A DNA stretch of 64,000 bases. It comes from Schmidtea polychroa (taxonomy: Eukaryota). Position numbers and translations under genes: made by a program. The stretch covers positions 9,674,001-9,738,000 of the forward strand of contig CM097885.1 in assembly GCA_044892525.1 (NCBI GenBank). Direction: 5' to 3'. Positions 1-14,570 of the stretch are shown here, piece after piece (the stretch's first letter is position 1; every line of letters starts with the position of its first letter). Below the pieces are notes generated by a model. That model was not told where the DNA came from, made no database searches, and was given only the letters and a program-made list of their open reading frames with translations.

Positions 1-329
1 GTCCAAATTTTTAAATTAAGTAATCAATGGTAAAAAATTTTAAATAAGTAAATTAAAGTAATAATTTTTAAATTAAGTAATCAATGGTAAAAAATTTTAA
101 ATAAGTAAATTAAAGTAAGATTTTAAAATTTATTAACAAAAAGTTGAAGGTGTTTGAGAATTGAAATTTTTTAATGAAAATTTTTATGGAATAATTTTTT
201 AAGTAATTTTTAATGGAAATTTTTATGAAATATTTTTCAATGATAATTTTAGATGGAAATTTTTAAGATAATTTTTAATGAAAATTTTTATGAAATATTT
301 TTCAAAGACAAATTTTAATAATAATTCAA

Positions 330-1330
330 CAACAAACCAACAACCAGTAACTTATGAACATGTATTAACAACCAGATACCTACAACTAGTTACTAACAAC
401 CAGTTACCTGATACCAGATACCTACAACTAGATACCTACAACTAGTTACCTGATACCAACTACTAACAACCACCTACCCATTAACTAGCTACAACCAGCT
501 AACAACTAGCTACCACCTACCAAGTACATACAACCAACATCAAACAGGTACTAAGCATTATTAACCAACTACCAAGTACTTACAACAAGTTACTAACAAC
601 CAGTTACCTGATACCAAGTACCTACAACTAGATACCACGTACTAAATAACTCTCAAACAACCAAGTACCTACAACTAATTACCAAATACCAAGTACTATC
701 AACCAGCTAACAACTAGCTACCAAGTACTCACAACCAGATAACAACTAACAACCAGATACCAAGTACTTACAACTAGTTACTAACAACTAGCTACCAACT
801 ACTAAGTACTAACAACCAACATCAACCAGGTACTAAGCATTATCAACCAAGTACTAACAACTAGATACCTAGTTACTAACAACCCGCTAACAACCAACAA
901 CTAGATACCAAGTACCAGTAAATTACGAACATGTATTAACAACCAGATACCTACAACTAGTTACTAACAACTAGTTACCTGATAGCAACCAACTAGCTAC
1001 CAACTACTAAGTACCTACAACCAACATCAACCAGGTACTAAGCATTAATTACCAACTACTAAGTACCTACAACCAACTAACAACCACCTACCAAGTACTA
1101 AGCATTATCAACCAACTACTAAGTACCTACAACCAACTAGCTACCACCTACCAAGTACTAACAACCAGTTACCAACTACTAAGCATTAATTACCTACAAC
1201 TAGTTACTAACAACTAGCTACCAAGTACATACAACCAGACACTAAACATTATCAACCAAGTACTAACAACCAAGTAACTTGCCTAGTACTAAGCACTGTC
1301 AACTAGATACCAAACACTTACAACCAGATG
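330..1330. repeat. Cryptic minisatellite of shuffled short words (ACAACTAG, TACCAAGTAC, TACTAACAAC, AACCAG); mirrored at ~11580-12500
   Basis: The same 6-10 nt words recur in varying order; G-poor on the + strand. Confidence 0.8.
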
Positions 1331-1642
1331 ACCACATGAAATTATTGGTTAAATATGAAAATAAGGATTATATTTAGTTAGTACGTGGTATCATGGTGTA
1401 AAATTAAGAAATAAAGAATAATTAGGTAAATTAAGGATAAGTAAATTAAAGTTAAAAATTTTAAATTAAAGAAAACAATGGTTCAAAATTTAAAATTAAG
1501 TATCCAATGGTTCAAATTTTAAATTAAAGCTAAATAAGTAAATTAAAGTAAGATTTTTAAATTTATTATCAAAAGATTGAATAACCACCAACTTTTTTGA
1601 GAAATGTAATTTATAATGAAAATTTAAATGGAAATTTAAATG

Positions 1643-1643
<1 letters not shown>

Positions 1644-1695
<52 letters not shown>
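1644..1695. repeat. (AAT)n microsatellite; longer mirror (ATT)n at 10971-11046
   Basis: Direct reading; explains the poly-Leu ORF at 1496-1726. Confidence 0.95.
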
Positions 1696-1699
<4 letters not shown>

Positions 1700-2121
1700 T
1701 ACTAATAATTCAACAGTTACCAACAATCGGTTACTGATTATTTTTTAACTAGGTGCTAACAAATACTTACACCATGATACCACGTACTAACTAACTCTCA
1801 AACAACCAGATACTTACAACTAACTACTAAATATTCTTTATTGTATTTTTTGAAATGCTTTTTAAATTAATTTTTTATCTATCTTCAAAAATATATTTAA
1901 TGACAATCATTAGAAAAACCTTTTCAAATTTAACAAAAATGTTGATTTTCATCAAAAAACCACAACTCATCACCACGTGGAATTCAAAATAATTTTAATT
2001 ACAATGAAAGACTAATGAAATCTAATTTACAAAACATTCTTCTTTTAAATGATAACTTATTATTGCAATGTAAAAATCGCATTCAATAAATACTTATTGT
2101 TGATCAGTTTTATTATATATA

Positions 2122-5021
2122 CTCTGAGTTTATCCGACAGGATGTTTTGACCCCCTAAGGGTACAGGTCGTAAGGGTACTGGTCGTAAGGGTATTAGTCG
2201 TAAGGGTACTAGTCGTAGGGGTATTGGTAACACTCAACCCCCATCTACCCATTAACCACCTAACAAGTACCAACAACCAAGTCTCAAACAACTAAATACT
2301 AAACACTAACAACCAACAACAACCAGACACTAACCATTATCAACCTACAACTATATAACAACAATCAGTAAACAACACTGTACCAACTACCAAATACAAG
2401 AAACCAACAACTTAGTACCAACAATCAACTAACAACACATAAAAATAATAGCAATTAAATAAAAAAAATTATTCTTCATCGCATACACTATTTTCTTATC
2501 AAAATCTAAAAAGTCAACCAACTACTTACAACCAACAACTATGTACTAACAAATTGATCTTTAAAAGAAAAATACTCTTCACTTGAAAAATTAGATGGAA
2601 AATTAATTGAACTCAAGACATCAATAACTTGGTAAAAATTGATTAAATAATTGTAAAAATTTAAATTATTCGAAATAAATATCATAAAAATTAAATTAAT
2701 GGACAAAAAAAAATTCTAGTCATCCAGTAAATAAAAAAAAATATTGATCATTCAAGTTATTATGAATCAACTAAGATCATAAATTAATAATATAAGATCT
2801 AGTAGATAATTGATTTAGATTGAATAAATTAATTGAAATTAAATTAATTTTAATTATTTTTTTAAAAGTAATACATGTACTCAAATTGATTGACTGATTT
2901 CTCAATATATTCAAAAGAAAATCAGTATAAATTCATTACAATTATCAAAGTCAGCAATCTACAATAAAAATAATTATCATTAAATTCCAAAAGAGACTAG
3001 ATAACTAATGATAACATCTAACAAACCAGTAAATTCATTCAAATGACAATAATTGGTATATCCAAGTGAATTCTCCAATAAAATCATCTAAAAAAGCATC
3101 ATTTCCCCTAAATATATCAATATTTAAAGATTGATATTTTAATGATAAGTACCCGTAAAGGATCATATATTCCCCTCAGACTAATAAGATTCCTTAAAAT
3201 CCCCTTTAAATGACTATAATTCTAACTTTAATTCGTATTATCACGAATATTTCCCTATAAAACATGTAAAATCATTAACCCTAAATAATTTATAAAATCT
3301 AATGATAAAACTGGTTATAATTAATTTTTTGTTAATCACTGTACTCGATATTTTAAATAAATATTACTACAATATAACTCACTAGGTTCCATTGAAAGAT
3401 TAAATTTATCCATTCAATAAAATATATTTCTTCAAATGATCATTTTTACCAATATTCAACCGATTTAATTACTAATTAAAATCAAGATTTCTTCCAATAA
3501 AGATCAATTTTATTTAGTCAATGTTTTAGGTCCATATTTCTCAACTTTTGTCGTTGTCCGTCTAAATAAAGATAAAAATAATTTAAAGTTGATATCAATC
3601 CCATTTATCTGTAAAGTTTTCATCGTCAAAACCAAGTAAATCGATCATTATCCTTACTTAATAGAACATTGTTCTAAAACATAAATCTAAATTAATATAC
3701 AATGAATTAATCACAACCTAATAAAACGATATAATTATTATTGATACATAACTGACTAATTGACATTTCCCTTAAAACAATGATATTTTACCAACATCAC
3801 CCTTAAAAAATCATATATTCCCATCGAAACCCTTCCCTCATTAAAAGCAACCGACTATATCTCCCTCACAATAATATATTCCCATCTTAACCCATCCTTC
3901 ATTAAATCTAACCGACTATATCCCCTTAAAAGATCATATTTTCCCCATCTTAACCGATCTCTCATTAAATCTAACCAACAATATCCCATCTTAACCGATC
4001 TCTCAGCAAATATTTTGATTGATCATAATTCTTCAGCTATTCAACCAATCATTTTCAAGCAATAACAGCAAACTAAATTTCTGTATATCCTACAATAATT
4101 ATCACGTAAATTTAAAGTCCCTGATAAAGTTAACTAGTTTCTTAGCTCATGTTTTTTAAAGTTCATCAATGAGTAAATATTCTTAGAAAATTATTGAAAA
4201 AATTATTTAGTGAAATATATTACAAACTTATCATTAAAAATTTATTCTATCACTTGAAATTAATTTTTATTTAAAAACTATTCAATAAAATACCACTAAT
4301 TTATCAAGAAATTAATTAAATTTATCAATTAAATTTATCACCATTAAAACTTTTAATCAGTCAACATGAAATTCTTAGAAAATTGTTCAATATCCTCATA
4401 AAAATTTATCCTACCACTTGATTATTGTACAAACTCTAATTATTAACCTCATTAAAAATTAAAAATACATCCAATTATCAAGAAATTAATTAAATTTATC
4501 TTAGTACTAACTTTGAATTATTAAATATTCATTCAATAATCATGAAATCCACAAAAATAACAGAAATTTACAAGAATCAAAGAAATTCACAAAAATGATA
4601 AAAATTCATGAAAATGATAGAAATTCACAAAAACGATAAAAATTCATAAAAATTATAGCAATTCGCAAAAATAATAGGAAATTCACAAAAATGATAGATA
4701 TCCACAAAAATTACAGATAATCAAAAAAATTACGGAAAATAATAGAAATCCGCAAAAATAATAGAAATTCACAAAAAAACAATAAAAATTCACAATAAAA
4801 AAACGATAAAAATTCACAAAAAAGATAGAAATTTACTTGAATAAAACCATCAACTCTAAAAATTATGAATACCTTAAACAACAAATTTGCCTAAATAATC
4901 ATTCAAATAAAAACATTAAATACCTTTACGACTAATACCCTTGCGACATGTTGAATGTGAGTAGTACCCTTGTGAGCAATACCCATAGGGGGACAGAATA
5001 TTTTGTCGGATAAACTCAGAG
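2122..5021. mobile_element. Non-coding TIR-bounded module in the left palindrome arm
   Basis: Starts TATATA|CTCTGAGTTTATCCGACA and ends TGTCGGATAAACTCAGAG|TATATA. Both ends carry 15-bp subterminal repeats (GGTCGTAAGGGTACT-like). Confidence 0.7.
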
Positions 5022-5639
5022 TATATATTAATTAACTCATTTATCATTGAATTAGTCAAATTATCGTAAATTTCGATAAAAATTCTAAAGTGGTAAGCAA
5101 TGTAAAGAGAATTATTCTTTAAACTTTGATAAAATTAACAATGAAGGTGGTAAGAATCTTCATTAAAGTGAGGAAATTATTCATTACTCGATTCAAATGG
5201 GTGAAAATAATTGGTAGAATAATCCATTAATGGAGGTAGATAATGAGAAGTAGTATAGATAAGATGAAGGTTGATAAGAATGGATGTATTGCAACTATTT
5301 TCTAAAAATTAACACTTTACTAAAAAAAAAAAAACTTTTAAAACAAATATTTGTGGGGATGTTTTAAGTGAATAATTAATCAAAATCGGCGGAATATAAG
5401 TAGAAAATCGGGGTGGGGGTTATAGGCGAATAATTAATGGAAATTCGAGGGGATATAAGTGAATAATTAATGGAGAATCGAGGGAATATAGGAGATAAAA
5501 TAGTGGGATAATGAGAATCGGTGGAATATAAGTGAGAAGGATATGTAATTTAAACTATTTTATTACGTAACAAGCCGCGACTAGTTTATTACATAACAAG
5601 CCGTGACTAGTTTATTACATAACAAGCTGTGTATGGTAT

Positions 5640-6550
5640 TTTATTGAGAATTATTGATTAGGTCTTTTTTTTAATTTTTGAATAGGTACTTTAATACCTT
5701 AATAATTTAAATGTTTTGATTTACACTAAATAATTTCTAAATCAATTACCCCTTTCAATCAAAATAAGTTAATATTCAAATATAAGTCTTAGAAAATATA
5801 AATTTTATAAGTAAAGCTTTTTTAAATAAATGTAAATAAGAAAAATTATTTATTACCAGTTATATACTTTAAAACTTTTTTATGGAATAAGACAAAAAAT
5901 TTGTTGTATAAGTCCTTTAATATTGTAATAATTATTTATTAATAAATTTATTATTCTACACTAAATATTTCAAAAACAATTATCATATTATTAATTATAT
6001 TTCTCCTTTCAATAAAAATAAGATAAATATTCAAATAAATGACTTATAAAATGCAATTAAAATTAAATTCTTTACACTAAATTTAAAAATATAAGTTTTA
6101 TAAGAAAATGTGAATAAGAAATTGATTTATTAACAGTTATAGACTTTTTAAACTTAATGATGGAATTAGGTAATAGAAAGTAATTTTTCTTTTTAAAAAG
6201 TCCTTTAATATTGTATTCTATTCATTATTAAATTTACTATTTTACACTAAAATATTTTAATTTAGAAAAAAAAAAATCATCATAATATTGAATATAATAC
6301 TTCAATCAAAATAAGTTAATACTCAAATATATGTCTTATAAAATACAATCAAAATTAAATATTTCACTAAATTTTAAGTAAAGTTTTTTAAATTTTCAGT
6401 TAAATGTTAACAATATATTAATTTATTAATCATTATAGACTTTTTATACTTATTATTGGTATTAAACAATAGAATGATATTGAAAATATATACAATTTAA
6501 AAATACAATTAAAATTAAAATTATATACCATGTATAATGTTGGTAAAATA
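5640..6550. repeat. Palindrome spacer made of about three diverged direct repeats (~240-290 bp)
   Basis: Motif TACACTAAA...TTCAAT(C/A)AAAATAAG(T/A)TAA recurs at ~5720, ~5957 and ~6241. Confidence 0.7.
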
Positions 6551-7137
6551 TCATTCACGGCTTGTTATGTAATAAACTAGTCGCGGCTTGTTACGCAATA
6601 AAATAGTTTAAATTACATATCCTTCTCACTTATATTCCACCGATTCTCATTATCCCACTATTTAATCTCCTATATTCCCTCGATTCTCCATTAATTATTC
6701 ACTTATATCCCCTCGAATTTCCATTAATTATTCGCCTATAACCCCCACCCCGATTTTCTACTTATATTCCGCCGATTTTGATTAATTATTCACTTAAAAC
6801 ATCCCCACAAATATTTGTTTTAAAAGTTTTTTTTTTTTATTAAAGTGTTAATTTTTAGAAAATAGTTGCAATACATCCATTCTTATCAACCTTCATCTTA
6901 TCTATACTACTTCTCATTATCTACCTCCATTAATGAATTATTCTACCAATTATTTTCACCCATTTGAATCGAGTAATGAATAATTTCCTCACTTTAATGA
7001 AGATTCTTACCACCTTCATTGTTAATTTTATCAAAGTTTAAAGAATAATTGTCTTTTCATTGCTTACCACTTTAGAATTTTTATTGAAATTATGATAATT
7101 TGACTAATTCAATGAAGAATGAGTTAATTAATATATA

Positions 7138-10100
7138 CTCAGAGTTTATCCGACAAAATATTCTGTCCCCCTATGGGTATTGCTCACAAGGGTACTACTC
7201 ACATTCAACATGTCGCAAAGGTATTAGTCGTAAAGGTATTTAATGCTTTTATTTGAATTTAAGCAAATTTGATGTTTAAGGTATTCATAATTTTTAGAGT
7301 TGATGGTTTTATTCAAGTAAATTTCTATAATTTTTGTGAATTTTTATCAATTTTGTGAATTTCCATCATGAAAACGTGAATTTCTAATATTTTCATGAAT
7401 TTCCGTAATTTTTTGTGGATATCTATCATTTTTATGAATTTCTATTATTCTTGTGGATTTTTATCATTCTTTTGAATTTCTATTATTCTTGTGGATTTTT
7501 ATCATTCTTGTGAATTTCTATCATTCCTGTGAATTTTTATTATTTTTGTGAATTTCTATCATTTTGTGGATTTTTATCATTCTTGTGAATTTCATGTTTA
7601 TTGAATGAATATTTAAAGTTAGTTCTAAGATAAATTTAATTAATTTCTTGATAATTAGTTGTATTTTATTGAATAGTTTTTAAATAAAAATTATTTTCAA
7701 TGAGGTTAATAATTAGAGTTTTTACAATAATCAAGTGATATGATAAATTTTTATGAGGATATTGAACAATTTTCTAAAACTTTCATGTTGACTGATAAAT
7801 TAAATTGATAAATTTAATTAATTTCTTGATAATTAGTTGTATTTTATTGAATAGTTTTTAAATAAAAATTAATTTCATTGACAATTAGGTTAATAATTAA
7901 GTGATTTTTGATGATAACTTTGTAATATATTTGACTAAATAATTTTTTCAATAATTTACTCATTGATGAACTTTAAAAAACATAAGCTAAGAAACCAGTT
8001 AACTTTAAATTTACTTGATAATTATTGTAGGATATACAGAAATTTAGTTTGCTGTTATTGCTTGAAAATGATTGGTTGAATAGCTGAAGAATTATGATCA
8101 AACAATATATATCATCTCCAGTATTTGATGGTAAATATTTGTAGAAAATTTAGTGAATTTTGATCTTTTAATGGGCTCTTATTATTTGTCTGGTTCTATA
8201 ACAATTAATTAAAAGTCATATTTTTGAATTTCTCTGAGGATTTTAAGAGGATTGATATATATTAAAGGGCTCAAGTGGGTGAAATCTTTAGGGAAAATAA
8301 GGGATATAATCGGATAGATGTTTAAAAGAGTAGAAATATTTGCTGAGAGATCGGATAAGATGGGATATTGTCGGTTATTAAATTTAATGAGACATGGGTT
8401 AAGATGGGAATAGATCATTGTAAGGGAGATATAGTCGATTGACTTTAATAAGAAATCGGTTAAGATGGGAATATATCATTGCAAGGGAGATATAGTCGAT
8501 TGAATTTAATGAGAGATCGGATAAGGTAGGAATATATCATTGTAAGGGAGATATAGTCGATTGAATTTAATGAAGGATGGGTTAAGATGGGAATATAGTC
8601 GGTTAAATTTAATGAGACATCGGTTAAGATGGGAATATATGATTTTTTTAATGGTGATGTTGGTAAAATATCATTGTTTTAAGGGAAATGTCAATTAGTC
8701 AGTTATGTATCAATAATAATTATATCGTTTTATTAGGTTGTGATTAATTCATTGTATATTAATTTAGATTTATGGATTATTAAGTAAGAATAATGATCGA
8801 TTTACTTGGTTTTGACGATGAAAACTTTACAGATATTTGGGATTGATATCAACTTTAAATTATTTTTATCTTTATTTAGACGGACAACGACAAAAGTTGA
8901 GAAATATGGACTTAAAACATTGACTAAATAAAATTGATCTTCATTGGAAGAAATCTTGATTTTAATTAGTAATTAAATCGGTTGAATATTGGTAAAAATG
9001 ATCATTTGAAGAAATATATTTTATTGAATGGATAAATTTAATCTTTCAATGGGACCTAGTCAGTTATATTGTAGTAATATTTATTTAAAATATCGAGTAC
9101 AGTGATTAACAAAAATTTAATTATAACCACTTTTATCATTAGATTTTATCAATTATTTAGGGTTAATGATTTTACATGTTTTATAGGGAAATATTCGTGA
9201 TAATAGGAATTAAAGTTAGAATTATAGTCATTTAAATGGGACTTTTAGCAATCTTATTAGTCTGAGGGGAATATATGATCCTTTACGGGTACTTATCATT
9301 AAAATATCAATCTTTAAATATTGATATATTTAGGGGAAATGATGCTTTTTAGATGATTTTAATGAATTATTTGTAATAATATGAATTAAGGGTAGAAATA
9401 TAGTCATTTAAGGGATTTTAAGGAATCTTGTTAGTTCGAGGTGAATATATGATCTTTAACAAGTACTTATCGATAAGATACCAATCTTTAAATATTGATA
9501 TATTTCAGGGAAAATGATTCTTTTTAGATGATTTTATTAGAGAATTCGCTTGAATATACCAATTATTTAAATGAATTTACTGGTTTGTTAGATGTTATCA
9601 TTAGTTATCTAGTCTCTTTTGGAATTTAATGATAATTATTTTTATTGTAGATTGCTGACTTTGATAATTTTAATGAATTCATACTGATTTTTTGAATATA
9701 TTGAGGAATTAGTAAATAGATTTGAGTACATGTATTACTTTTAAAAAAATACTTAAAATTAATTTTATTTCAAATAATTTATTCAATCTAAATCAATTAT
9801 CTACTAGATCTTATCTTATTAATTTATTATCTTAGTTGATTCAACTTGAATCATCAGTAGTTTTTTATTTACTGGATGACTAGAATTTTTTCTTGTCCAT
9901 TAATTAAATTTTTATGATATTTATTTCGAATAATTTAAATTTTTACAATTATTTAATCAATTTTTACCTAGTTATTGATGCCTTGAGTTCAATTAATTTT
10001 TCATCCAATTTTTCAAGTGAAGAGTATTTTTCTTTTAAAGATCAATTTGTTAGTACATAGTTGTTGGTACTTGGTATCTTGTTGTAAGTACTTGGTAGCA

Positions 10101-10524
10101 GGTATCTGATTGACTTTTTAGATTTTGATAAGAAGATATTGTATGTGATGAAGAATATTTTGTATTTAATTGCTATTATTTTTATGTGTGGTTAGTTGAT
10201 TGTTGGTATCTAGTTGTTGGTATCTTGTATTTAATAGTTGGTAGAGTGTTGTTTACTGATTGTTGTTATATAGTTGTAGGTTGATAATGCTTAGTAACAG
10301 GTTGATGTTGGTTGTATGTACTTGGTATCAGGTAACTGGTTGTTAGTACATGGTAGTTAATTAATGAGTAGGTGGTGGTTGAGTGTTACCAATAGCCTTA
10401 CGACCAGTACCTTTACGACTAATACCCTTACGACCAGTACCTTTACGACTAATACCCTTACGACCAGTACCCTTACGACCAGTACCCTTAGGGGGTCAAA
10501 ACATCCTGTCGGATAAACTCAGAG
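7138..10524. mobile_element. Mirror copy of the TIR-bounded module in the right arm, longer owing to internal duplications
   Basis: TATATA|CTCAGAGTTTATCCGACA at 7138 and GTCGGATAAACTCAGAG|TATATA ending 10524; 15-bp repeats at ~10395-10490. Confidence 0.7.
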
Positions 10525-10971
10525 TATATAAAATAAAACTGATCAACAATAAGTATTTATTGAATGTGATTTTGACTTTGCAATAATAAGTCAGTAGTTA
10601 TCATTTAAAAGAAGATGTTTTTGTAAATTAGAATTCATTAGTATTTCATTGTAATTTAAATTATTTTGAATTTCACGTGGTGTTTTAAAGTGATTGAGTT
10701 GTGGTTTTTTGATGAAAGTCAACATGTTTGTTAAATTTAGACATTTTGAAAAGGTTTTCTATTGATTGTAATTAAACATATTTTTAAAGACAGATAAAAA
10801 ATTAATTTAAAAGCATTTCATAAAATACAATAAAGAATACTTAGTTGGTTGTTAGTAACTAGTTGTAGGTATCTGGTTGTTTGAGAGTTAGTTAGTACGT
10901 GGTATCATGTTCAAAGTATTTGTTAGCATCTAGTTAAAAATATTTAGTAACCGATTGTTGGGAACTGTTGA

Positions 10972-11047
<76 letters not shown>

Positions 11048-12829
11048 CATTAAAATTTCCATTAAAAAATTAACTTAAAAAATTATTTCATTAAAATTAA
11101 CTTAAAAAATTTTACATTTAAAATTAACTTAAAAAAAATTTCCATTTAAATTTTCATTAAAAATTACATTTCTCAAAAAAGTTGGTGGTTATTCAATCTT
11201 TTGATAATAAATTTAAAAATCTTACTTTAATTTACTTATTTAGCTTTAATTTAAAATTTGAACCATTGGTTACTTAATTTTAAATTTTGAATCTTAATTT
11301 TCCTTAATTTATCCTTAATTGACCTAATTATTCTTTATTTCTTAATTTTACACCATAATTTACTAAACAACTAATTATAACCCTTATTTTCATATTTAAC
11401 TAATAATTTCATGTGGTCATTGATTAATTGACGAAGATTTGCATCTAAAATTAACATTGAAAATCCCAGAAAACTTTCATCTTAAATTGACTTTAACTTT
11501 AATATTTTAGACCATTGATTACTTAATTTTAAAATTAGACATTAATTTACTTATTTAACCAATAATTTCATGTGGTCATCTGGTTGTAAGTACTAGGTAT
11601 CTAGTTGTTATTACTTGGTTGATGATGCTTAGTACCTGGTTGTTGACGGCTGTGAGTAGTAGGTATCTGGTAACTAGTTGTTAGTATCTAGTTGTAGGTA
11701 TCTCGTTGTTGGTGGTACTTGGTAGGTGGTAGCTAGTCGGTTGTAGGTACTTAGTACTTGGTTGTATGTACTTGGTAGATGGTTGTAGGTACTTAGTAAT
11801 TGGTAATTAATGATTAGTACCTGGTTGTTGTTGGTTGTTAGTACTTGGTATCTAGTACCTAGTTGGTTGATAGTACTTAGTAACTAGTTGTAGGTACTTG
11901 GTATCTGGTAATTGGTTGTAAGTATCTGGTTGTTTGAGAGTTATTTAGTACGTGGTATCATGTTGAAAGTATTTGGTAGCAGGTAACTGATTGTAAGTAC
12001 TTGGTATCTAGTACCTAGTTGGTTGATAGTACTTAGTAACTAGTTAATGGGTAGGTGGTTGTAGGTACTTGGTATGTGGTTAATAATGCTTAGTAACAGG
12101 TTGATGTTGGTTGTATGTACTTGGTATCTAGTACCTAGTTGTTAGTATGTGGTTGTAGGTACTTGGTAGGTGGTAGTTAGTTGTTAGCTGGTTGTTGTCG
12201 GTTGTTAGTACTTGGTACCTAGTTGGTTGCTTGTTTTTGGTTGTTAGTACTTGTTAGATGGTTGTAGGTACTTAGTATCAGGTAACTAGTTGTTAGTAAC
12301 TAGTTGTAGGTACTTGGTATCTGGTAATTGGTTGTAAGTATCTGGTTGTTTGAGAGTTATTTAGTACGTGGTATCATGTTGAAAGTATTTGGTAGCAGAT
12401 AACTGATTGTAAGTACTTGGTAGCAGGTTGTTAGTAACTAGTTGTAGGTATCTGATTGTTAATACATGTTCATAAGTTACTGGTTGTTGGTACTAAGTTG
12501 TTGGTTTGTTGTTGAATTATTATTAAAATTTGTCTTTGAAAAATATTTCATAGAAATTTTCATTAAAAATTATCTTAAAAATTTCCATCTAAAATTATCA
12601 TTGAAAAATATTTCATAAAAATTTCCATTAAAAATTAACTTAAAAAATTATTCCATAAAAATTTCTATTAAAAATTACTTAAAAAATTATTTCATAAAAA
12701 TTTTCATTAAAAAATTTCAATTCTCAAACACCTATTATTTCAACTTTTTGTTAATAAATTTTAAAATCTTACTTTAATTTACTTATTACATTACTTATTT
12801 AAAAATTATTACTTTAATTTACTTATTTA

Positions 12830-13650
12830 ACTTTAATTTAAAATTTTTGACCATTGATTACTTAATTTTAAAATTTAGACCTTAATTAACTTTAATTTAA
12901 TTTTTTAGAACCTTAATTTAGTTATTTGAGCCCATTCATTACTTTAATTTAAAAATTTGAACCATAATTTACTTTAATTAAAAAATTTGGACCATTATTT
13001 ACTTTAATTGAAAAATTTGAACCTTAATTTACTTTAATTTAATTTTTTAGAACCATAATTAACTGTAATTGAAAAATTTGGACCATTATTTACTGTAATT
13101 TAATTTTTAAGAACCATAATTTACTGTAATTTAATTTTTTAGAACCATAATTTACTGTAATTCAATTTTTAGAACCATTATTTACTGTAATTCAAAAATT
13201 TGGACCATAATTTACTTTAATTGAAAAATTTGAACCTTAATTTACTTTAATTTAATTTTTTAGAACCATAATTAACTGTAATTGAAAAATTTGGACCATT
13301 ATTTACTGTAATTTAATTTTTAAGAACCATTATTTACTGTAATTCAAAAATTTGGACCATTATTTACTGTAATTCAAAAATTTGGACCATAATTTACTTT
13401 AATTGAAAAATTTGAACCTTAATTTACTTTAATTTAATTTTTTTAGAACCATAATTAACTGTAATTGAAAAATTTGGACCATTATTTTTCGTAATTTAAT
13501 TTTTAAGAACCATAATTTACTGTAATTTAATTTTTTAGAACCATTATTTACTGTAATTCAAAAATTTGGACCATTATTTACTGTAATTCAAAAATTTGAA
13601 CCATAATTTACTGTAATTTAATTTTTAGACCCATTATTTACTTTATTTTA
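12830..13650. repeat. Tandem ~30-31 bp minisatellite
   Basis: Unit resembles GAACCATAATTTACTGTAATTCAAAAATTTG, repeated more than 20 times with variants. Confidence 0.9.
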
Positions 13651-13659
13651 AAAATGTAC

Positions 13660-14570
13660 CACGCTTTTTTAGTGTAGACCACCTTTTTCTATTGAAATTC
13701 TCAGGACCAAGGAGACCCGCATTAATTTACTTTGAAAATTCCATGCTTTTTTAGTGATAATCAGATTTTTGTATTGAAAATATCCTGAGACCTTAAATTA
13801 CCATGCTTTTTTATTGAAGACCAGCTTTTTGTATTGAAAATATCCTGAGACCTTAAATTACCACTCTTTTTTATTGAAGACCACCTTTTGCTATTGAAAT
13901 TCTCAGGACCAAGGAGTCCCACCTGAATTGACCTAGAAAATTCCATGCTTTATAGTGGTAGTCGGATTTTTGTATTGAAAATATCCTGAGACCTTAAATT
14001 GCCACTCTTTTTTTATTGAGACCGCCTTTTTGTATTGAAAATCCCAGGACCATCGAGACCCCTTCACTATAGCGTGAATAATCCATGCTTTTTAGTGGTA
14101 GTCGGATTTTTGTATTGAAAATATCCTGAGACCTTAAATTACCATGCTTTTTTATTGATAGTCGGATTTTTGTATTGAAAATATCCTGAGACCTTAAATT
14201 ACCATGCTTTTTTATTGGTAGTCGAATTTTTGTATAGAAAATCTCAGGACCATCGAGACCCCCTCACTATAGTGTGAAAATTCCATGCTTTTTTATTGAG
14301 ACCACCTTTTTGTATTGAAAAAAATTTTTTGTATAGAAAATCCCAGGACCATCGAGACCCCCTCACTATAGTCTGAAAATTCCATGCTTTTTTATTGGTA
14401 GTCGGATTTTTGTATAGAAAAAAAAAATTTGTATTGAAAATCCCAGGACCATCGTTTTTGTATTGAAATTTTTTTTTGTATTGAAAATCCCAGGACCATC
14501 GTTTTTGTATAGAAAAAATTTTTTTGTATTGAAAATCCCAGGACCATCGAGACCCTCTCACTATAGTCTG
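13660..14570. repeat. Tandem ~60-bp (and variant) subterminal repeats
   Basis: CCATGCTTTTTT...GTATTGAAAATATCCTGAGACCTTAAATTA units, plus CCCAGGACCATCGAGACCC variants. Confidence 0.9.

Larger units (their letters stand above)
1..12870. repeat. Giant imperfect inverted repeat (foldback): left arm 1-~5605, right arm ~6555-~12870; left arm continues beyond the window start
   Basis: Reverse-complement pairs read directly: 139-180 with ~12700-12750; 2122-2240 with ~10380-10524; 4983-5028 with 7131-7177; 5561-5605 with ~6555-6600. Left arm is A/C-skewed and right arm T/G-skewed. Arms differ by substitutions and repeat-number indels. Confidence 0.95.

Noticed and set aside
1496..1726. Poly-Leu ORF (and poly-Ile ORF at 40061-40261)
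   Set aside because: Translations of (AAT)n microsatellites.
10383..10586. ORF with repeated PLRPV/PLRLI
   Set aside because: Translation of the 15-bp subterminal DNA repeat; non-ATG start.
1..12870. Palindrome as a pure sequencing or assembly foldback artefact
   Set aside because: Arms differ by many substitutions and repeat-number changes and enclose a distinct spacer; long-read confirmation is still advisable.
12830..14570. Regularly spaced repeats as a possible CRISPR array, and ORFs 13761-14651
   Set aside because: Units are contiguous tandem repeats without unique spacers, there are no cas genes, and the context is eukaryotic. The ORFs are repeat translations.
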